Assembly: GCA_035719405.1 (NCBI GenBank)
Contig: DASTGE010000382.1
Coordinates: forward strand, 1-34,768
Direction: 5' to 3'
DNA from: Burkholderiaceae bacterium
GTDB taxonomy: Bacteria > Pseudomonadota > Gammaproteobacteria > Burkholderiales > Burkholderiaceae_C
DNA length: 34,768 bases
Position 1 is the first letter of the stretch. Every line of letters starts with the position of its first letter. The translations under genes were made by a program, and so were the position numbers. Of the stretch, positions 29,177 through 34,768 are shown piece by piece. The notes under the pieces were generated by a model, which saw only the letters and a list, made by a program, of their open reading frames with translations, made no database searches and was not told where the DNA came from.

Positions 29177-30255
29177 ATGCCCGTGCCACAACGCTTCACA
29201 CTCACGCAGTACCTGATCGAGCAGCGTCGCCGCTTTCCGGGTGCCAGCGGAGATTTCAACGCCCTCGTGCTCGATGTTGCACTCGCATGCAAGGCGATCG
29301 CGCGTGCGGTCGCTTTCGGCAGGCTGGCCGGCCACGAGGAAACGGTCGGCGCGGTCAATGTGCAAGGCGAGACGCAGAAGCCGCTTGACGTGATCGGCAA
29401 TCGCACCTTCATCGAGATGAACGAATGGGGCGGACATTGCGCGGGGATGGTGTCGGAGGAGATGGACCAGCCGTACCAGATTCCATCCCATTACCCGCGC
29501 GGCAAGTACCTGCTCGTGTTCGATCCGCTCGACGGCTCCAGCAACATCGACGTGAACGTGTCGGTGGGCAGCATCTTCGGCATCCTGCGTGCGCCTCAGG
29601 ACGTGATCGAGACGGGCCGCGATGTGAAGGAGGAGGACTTCCTTCAGCCCGGCAAGGCCCTCGTCGCGGCGGGCTATGCCCTTTACGGCCCCACGACGAT
29701 GTTCGTGCTGTCGGTGGGCAATGGGGCGGCGGGCTTCACGCTCGACCCCAATCTTGGCGAATTCATGTTGACGCACCCGACGATCCGCATTCCCGCCGAC
29801 ACACAGGAGTTCGCGATCAACGCGTCCAACAGCCGTTTTGGGAGACACCGGTCAAGCGCTACATCGACGAATGCCTGGCTGGCAGGACAGGGCCGCGCGG
29901 CAAGGATTTCAACATGCGCTGGATCGCGTCGATGGTCGCCGAGGCGCATCGGATCCTGATGCGCGGCGGCGTCTTCATGTACCCGCGCGACAACAAGGAC
30001 CCGACGAAGAACGGCCGGCTGCGGTTGCTGTACGAGGCCAATCCCATCGGTTTTATCGTGGAGCAGGCAGGCGGGCGTGCGAGTACGGGGAGGCAGCCCG
30101 TGATGTGCGTGCCGCCGAGTTCGCTGCATCAGCGCATCGGGCTGTTGTTCGGGTCGCGCAATGAGGTGGAGCGGATCGAAAGGTACCACCACGAGCCTGC
30201 GACGCGCGATCCGGGGACGCCGTTGTTTCACGAGAGAAGCTTGTTTCGGGATTGA
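29177..30255 (+). pseudogene. cbbF: Class 1 fructose-1,6/sedoheptulose-1,7-bisphosphatase, split by a one-base deletion (real or sequencing error)
   Basis: Frame 1 has [13 protein letters not shown] to [10 protein letters not shown]; frame 2 continues WETPVKRY...[11 protein letters not shown]. One extra T in TTTT at 29836-29839 restores NSRFWE. Confidence 0.9.
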
Positions 30256-30294
30256 CGCACTCGCGTTGACTTGAGACAGGGCTTGCGCGATGGA

Positions 30295-30383
30295 CCCTCA
30301 CCCCAGCCCTCTCCCGCAAGCGGGAGAGGGTGCAAATATGCGCTTCTTCTCCACGAGGCAGGGGGAGAGGGCTGGGGTGAGGG
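30295..30383. repeat. REP-like palindromic element (inverted doublet)
   Basis: Perfect 21-bp inverted repeat CCCTCACCCCAGCCCTCTCCC (30295-30315) / GGGAGAGGGCTGGGGTGAGGG (30363-30383), plus inner hairpin CCCTCTCCCGC-AA-GCGGGAGAGGG (30307-30330). Confidence 0.9.
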
Positions 30384-30439
30384 GGGCACCGAATTGCACG
30401 GCTCCCACCGAAACCCCACCCACTCTCCGGATGCCAACC

Positions 30440-31324
30440 ATGTCCGAACGCCACCCCATTATCGCCATCACCGGCTCGTCAGGCGCCGGCACCACCTCCG
30501 TCACCCATACCTTCGAGAACATCTTCCGCCGCGAAGGCGTAACGGCGGCAATTATCGAAGGCGACAGCTTCCATCGTTACGACCGCCTGGAAATGCGCCA
30601 GCGGCAGGCAGAAGCCGAAAAGGCCGGCAACGAGCACTTCAGCCATTTCGGCCCCGAGAACAACCTTTTCCACGAATTGGAGCAACTGTTCCGCAGCTAC
30701 AGCGAGTCCGGCACCGGCCGCTGCCGCAAGTACCTGCATGACCACGCCGAAGCCGCACCTTACAAGCAGGAACCGGGCACCTTCACCGAGTGGGAAGACC
30801 TGCCTTCGAGCACCGACGTGTTGTTCTACGAAGGCCTGCACGGCGCGGTCGTGACGCCGGAAGTCAATATCGCCAAATACCCGGACCTGCTCATCGGCGT
30901 GGTGCCGGTGATCAACCTCGAGTGGATCCAGAAGCTGTGGCGCGACAAGAACGTGCGCGGCTATTCGACCGAGGCCGTCACCGACACCATCCTGCGACGC
31001 ATGCCCGATTACGTGAATTACATCTGCCCTCAGTTCACTCATACGCACGTGAACTTCCAGCGCGTGCCGATCGTCGATACGTCCAATCCCTTCATAGCAC
31101 GCAGCATCCCGACAGCCGACGAGAGTATCTGCGTGATCCGCTTTGCCAATCCGAAGGGAATCGACTTCCCGTACCTCCTCAACATGATCCACAACGCGTG
31201 GATGTCGCGCGCCAACACCATTGTGGTGCCGGGCGGGAAGATGGAACTGGCGATGCAGCTGATCTTCACGCCTTTCATCTGGCGAATGATGGAGCGCCGG
31301 CAGGGTTCGCACGGCGCGCTTTGA
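30440..31324 (+). CDS. cbbP: Phosphoribulokinase
   Basis: HPIIAITGSSGAGTT, EGDSFHRYDR, FYEGLHG, NLEWIQK, FQRVP.VDTSNPF; ATG 30440. Confidence 0.98.
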   Translation: MSERHPIIAITGSSGAGTTSVTHTFENIFRREGVTAAIIEGDSFHRYDRLEMRQRQAEAEKAGNEHFSHFGPENNLFHELEQLFRSYSESGTGRCRKYLHDHAEAAPYKQEPGTFTEWEDLPSSTDVLFYEGLHGAVVTPEVNIAKYPDLLIGVVPVINLEWIQKLWRDKNVRGYSTEAVTDTILRRMPDYVNYICPQFTHTHVNFQRVPIVDTSNPFIARSIPTADESICVIRFANPKGIDFPYLLNMIHNAWMSRANTIVVPGGKMELAMQLIFTPFIWRMMERRQGSHGAL

Positions 31325-31345
31325 GAGAGAAGGGAGAAAACGATC

Positions 31346-33388
31346 ATGAGCGCTTCATCCACTGAACGCGTCGTGCGTGACGACAACGGGCAGAACCACG
31401 AGATGGCCAATGCGCTGCGCGCGTTGGCGATGGATGCCGTGCAACGCGCCAATTCCGGCCACCCGGGAGCGCCGATGGGCATGGCCGAGATGGCGGTCGC
31501 ACTATGGCACGGGCATTTGCGCCACAACCCGGCGAACCCCAAATGGGCCGATCGCGACCGCTTTGTGCTGTCCAACGGGCACGCGTCGATGCTGCTTTAC
31601 GCCCTGCTGCATCTGGCTGGCTATGACCTGCCGATGGAGGAATTGCAGCGCTTCCGGCAGCTTCACAGCAAGACCCCGGGACATCCGGAAGTGGGTGTGA
31701 CGCCGGGTGTGGAGACCACGACAGGACCGTTGGGACAAGGCATTGCGAACGCCGTCGGCTTCGCCCTCGCCGAGAAGCTGATGGCCGACGAATTCAACCG
31801 GCCCGGGCATTGCATCGTCGACCACTACACCTATGCATTCGTGGGCGACGGTTGCCTGATGGAAGGCATCAGCCACGAAGCCTGCTCGCTGGCCGGCACG
31901 CTCAAGCTCGACAAGCTCATCGTGCTGTACGACGACAACGGCATCTCGATCGACGGGCCGGTGTCGGGCTGGTTCAATGACGACACCATTGGGCGTTTCA
32001 AGGCCTATGGATGGAATGTATTGGGTCCTGTGGACGGGCACGATGTGACGGCCATCGGGCAGGCAATCGCGATGGCGAAGATGAGCGTGGAGCGGCCGAC
32101 GCTCATCGTCTGCCGCACGACCATCGGCAAGGGTTCGCCGCAACGGGCCGGTACGGCCAAGGCCCACGGCGAGCCGCTGGGCTCCGAAGAGATCGCCCGT
32201 GTGCGCGAGACGATCGGCTGGAATGAGGCGCCGTTCGAGATCCGCGCGGACATTCGTACCCGCTGGGAGGCGCGCAAGCTCGGTGCCGTGCGCGAGGCGC
32301 AGTGGGCACAGCGCTTCGCGGCGTATCGCGCCGAGCATCCGGCGTTGGCCGCCGAGTTCGTCCGTCGAATGAACGGTGACCTGCCGCGCGACTTCGAGGA
32401 GACGCGCCTGGCGGTGATGGCGGAATTCGGACCGTCGCAGGAGACACAGGCCACACGCAAGGCCTCGCAGAAGCTGATTGCCGCATTGGCCCCCAGGCTT
32501 CCCGAATTGATCGGCGGAAGCGCCGACCTCACCGCATCCAACCTCACCGAGTTCCCCGGCTGTGGCGCCGTGCGGGGCGGCGAGCGCGGCGGACGGCACA
32601 TCAATTACGGCGTGCGCGAGTTCGCGATGGCGGCGATCATGAACGGCATGGCGCTGCACGGCGGCTTCATTCCCTATGGCGGCACCTTCCTCACCTTCAG
32701 CGATTACAGCCGCAATGCGATCCGCATGGCAGCGCTGATGAAACAGCGCGTCGTCCATGTGTTCACCCACGACTCCATCGGGCTCGGCGAAGACGGCCCC
32801 ACGCACCAGAGCGTCGAGCACGCCGCGAGCCTGCGGCTGATGCCTAACCTCGACGTATGGCGCCCCTGCGATGCCGCGGAAACGGCAGTGGCATGGCTGC
32901 ATGGCCTGGAAAACCGGGATGGTCCGACGGCCTTGCTGCTGTCGCGGCAGAACCTTCCCGCGCAGTCGAGAAGCGCCGAGCAGGTGCTCGAGATTGAGCG
33001 CGGGGGCTATGTGCTGAGCGACCGCGACGGGGCGCAGGCGGTGATCCTGGCCACCGGCTCGGAGGTGTCGCTTGCCATGGCGGTCCAGCGTCTGCTCGAT
33101 GAGCGGGGCGTTCCGGTGCGCGTGGTGTCGATGCCGTCGACCACCTTGTTCGACCGGCAGGACAAGGCATGGCGCGAATCGGTGCTTGGGCATGGCCTGC
33201 CCCGCATCGGCGTCGAGGCGGGCGTCACGCGCTGGTGGGGGCAGTACGGATGCGTGGCCGCGCTCGGCGTGGACAGTTATGGCGAGTCCGCCCCTGCCGC
33301 TGCCGTGTTCGAGCACTTCGGCCTGACGCCGCAGCGCCTGGCCGATCTCGTCGTGGAATGCTGCGGGCACAGGGTGAGCGCGGATTGA
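31346..33388 (+). CDS. cbbT: Transketolase
   Basis: [28 protein letters not shown] (TPP motif), [15 protein letters not shown]. Confidence 0.98.
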   Translation: MSASSTERVVRDDNGQNHEMANALRALAMDAVQRANSGHPGAPMGMAEMAVALWHGHLRHNPANPKWADRDRFVLSNGHASMLLYALLHLAGYDLPMEELQRFRQLHSKTPGHPEVGVTPGVETTTGPLGQGIANAVGFALAEKLMADEFNRPGHCIVDHYTYAFVGDGCLMEGISHEACSLAGTLKLDKLIVLYDDNGISIDGPVSGWFNDDTIGRFKAYGWNVLGPVDGHDVTAIGQAIAMAKMSVERPTLIVCRTTIGKGSPQRAGTAKAHGEPLGSEEIARVRETIGWNEAPFEIRADIRTRWEARKLGAVREAQWAQRFAAYRAEHPALAAEFVRRMNGDLPRDFEETRLAVMAEFGPSQETQATRKASQKLIAALAPRLPELIGGSADLTASNLTEFPGCGAVRGGERGGRHINYGVREFAMAAIMNGMALHGGFIPYGGTFLTFSDYSRNAIRMAALMKQRVVHVFTHDSIGLGEDGPTHQSVEHAASLRLMPNLDVWRPCDAAETAVAWLHGLENRDGPTALLLSRQNLPAQSRSAEQVLEIERGGYVLSDRDGAQAVILATGSEVSLAMAVQRLLDERGVPVRVVSMPSTTLFDRQDKAWRESVLGHGLPRIGVEAGVTRWWGQYGCVAALGVDSYGESAPAAAVFEHFGLTPQRLADLVVECCGHRVSAD

Positions 33389-33390
33389 CG

Positions 33391-34101
33391 ATGAGCTTTG
33401 ACATCATCAGCTTCGACCTCGACGGCACGCTGCTCGACACGGCCGGCGAGATCGCCCAGGCGGCCAACAACGCACTGCAGGCGCACGGCATCGACCCGCG
33501 TCCGCACGCGGAAATCGCACGTCTCATCGGCGAAGGATCGCGCGCACTCATGCTCAAGCTTCTCGCGCGCATTTTTCTCGAGCGGCCGGTTGTGTCCGAC
33601 CATGTGAAAAGCGATGCCGTGCTCGATCGCTTCGAGCACGAACTCGCCTCCACACTTGGACGGCATGCAAGTCCTTACGAGGGAGTTCACGACGGCTTGA
33701 CGAGGCTCAGGCAGGCGGGAGTGCGGCTGGCGTGCGTATCGAACAAGGAGCTGCGGCATGCGCTGACCCTGTTGCGCGCCGCCGCGCTGCACGACCTGTT
33801 CGACCTCGTGCTTGGCGGCGATTCTTTGCCCGAGCGCAAGCCCCACGCAAGCGTGCTTCGCCACGTGGTCCAGGTGCTGCAAGGAGACACGCGGCGGATG
33901 GCACATGTCGGCGATTCCCATATCGACGTGGAGGCGGCGCGCAATGCGGGAGTGCAGGCGTGGGCGGTGCCATACGGCTACAACGCCGGCAGGCCCGTCT
34001 GGGAGGCGAAGCCGCAGCGCATCTTCAGCGGGCTTGCCGAAGTCGCCGACCACGTGCTGGCGAGCCGTCATCTTTCCGCCGCCCTTTCTCCCGTGAAGTG
34101 A
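33391..34101 (+). CDS. cbbZ: Phosphoglycolate phosphatase
   Basis: FDLDGTLLDT, VSNK, GGDSLPERKP, VGDS..D, VPYGYN; ATG 33391 immediately after cbbT. Confidence 0.93.
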   Translation: MSFDIISFDLDGTLLDTAGEIAQAANNALQAHGIDPRPHAEIARLIGEGSRALMLKLLARIFLERPVVSDHVKSDAVLDRFEHELASTLGRHASPYEGVHDGLTRLRQAGVRLACVSNKELRHALTLLRAAALHDLFDLVLGGDSLPERKPHASVLRHVVQVLQGDTRRMAHVGDSHIDVEAARNAGVQAWAVPYGYNAGRPVWEAKPQRIFSGLAEVADHVLASRHLSAALSPVK

Positions 34102-34135
34102 GAGAGGGAGTCACAACGTCCGGAGAGTCCGAACC

Positions 34136-34189
34136 ATGCCTTTGATCTCGTTGCGCCAGCTGCTCGACCATCCGGCAGCCTCACCTTGA
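34136..34189 (+). pseudogene. cbbA: N-terminal stub of class II fructose-bisphosphate aldolase
   Basis: GGAG RBS then [17 protein letters not shown]-stop. The first 12 residues match the proteobacterial class II Fba/CbbA start (MxLxSxRQLLDH). Confidence 0.8.
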
Positions 34190-34197
34190 AGCGGCAC

Positions 34198-34768
34198 ATG
34201 AAACAGCCCACGATCATCGCCCCCAGCATCCTTTCGGCCGACTCTGCAAGGCTCGGGGAGTCGGTGTACCGTGTGGTCGAGGCCGGCGCGGACTGGATCC
34301 ACTTCGACGTGATGGACAACCATTACGTGCCCAATCTCAGCGTGGGTCCCATGGTGTGCGAAGCCCTTCGGCCCTCCGCGTCGCAGGCGCTGAGGGACGT
34401 GCACCTGATGGTCGAGCCCGTGGATGCGCTCGTCCCCGCCTTCGCGAAGGCGGGCGCGGGGCTCATCAGCTTCCATCCCGAGGTCAGCCGGCATGTGGAC
34501 CGCACCCTCTCGCTGATCCGCGACCATGGTTGCATGGCCGGCCTGGCGTTCAACCCGGCCACGCCGCTGCAATGGCTCGATCATGTGATGGATCGAGTCG
34601 ACCTCGTGATGCTGATGTCGGTGAACCCGGGCTTCGGCGGCCAGGGATTCATCGCCTCGACGCTCCCCAAGCTGCGCGCCGCCCGCGAGCGCATCGACGC
34701 TCATCCCGGCGCACGGGGCACGTGATCCGGCTCGACGTGGACGGTGGCGTGAAGCCGGAAAACGTCGC
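34198..34768 (+). pseudogene. cbbE: Ribulose-phosphate 3-epimerase, frameshifted near 34705-34720 and running off the window
   Basis: [39 protein letters not shown]. Stop at 34725, but IRLDVDGGVKPENV continues in the adjacent frame from 34722. Confidence 0.88.

Noticed and set aside
30290-30439. 50-aa N-terminal extension of PRK (PHPSPLPQAGEG...)
   Set aside because: It is the translation of the REP-like palindrome; the family start is MSERHP at 30440.
31502-33370. 622-aa minus-strand ORF (also 25450-26505, 26659-27789, 9138-10361)
   Set aside because: Antisense shadows of well-supported genes (cbbT, cbbL/S/X, LolA-like and barrel).

Overview
High-GC window, most likely from a Burkholderiales betaproteobacterium (inferred from gene content), in three blocks. 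(1) About 1-16 kb: a surface-glycan locus of the PEP-CTERM/exosortase-A type. It holds a truncated secreted beta-helix protein, three O-acylation genes (MBOAT, SGNH, AT3), two paralogous O-antigen-ligase-like membrane proteins (one VanZ-fused) and a TIGR03088-like GT4. A four-gene ABC ATPase/permease/LolA-like/beta-barrel cassette sits between decayed relics of an acyl carrier protein and an acyl-CoA ligase. (2) About 16-24.4 kb: a mixed accessory region with a Sel1-trypsin protease, two divergent VOC proteins, a cytochrome c, CYTH-CHAD, a pentapeptide-repeat protein, Bug and CorA/ZntB relics, and an AT-richer orphan with type III effector-like features and an internal repeat. (3) About 24.4-34.8 kb: a red-type (form IC) Calvin-cycle operon, cbbR-cbbLSXY-F-P-T-Z-(A scar)-E. 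cbbF and cbbE are frameshifted, cbbA is reduced to a 17-codon stub, and a REP-like palindrome lies between cbbF and cbbP. No rRNA, tRNA or CRISPR array was seen. All family assignments are by eye from motifs; no database searches were run.
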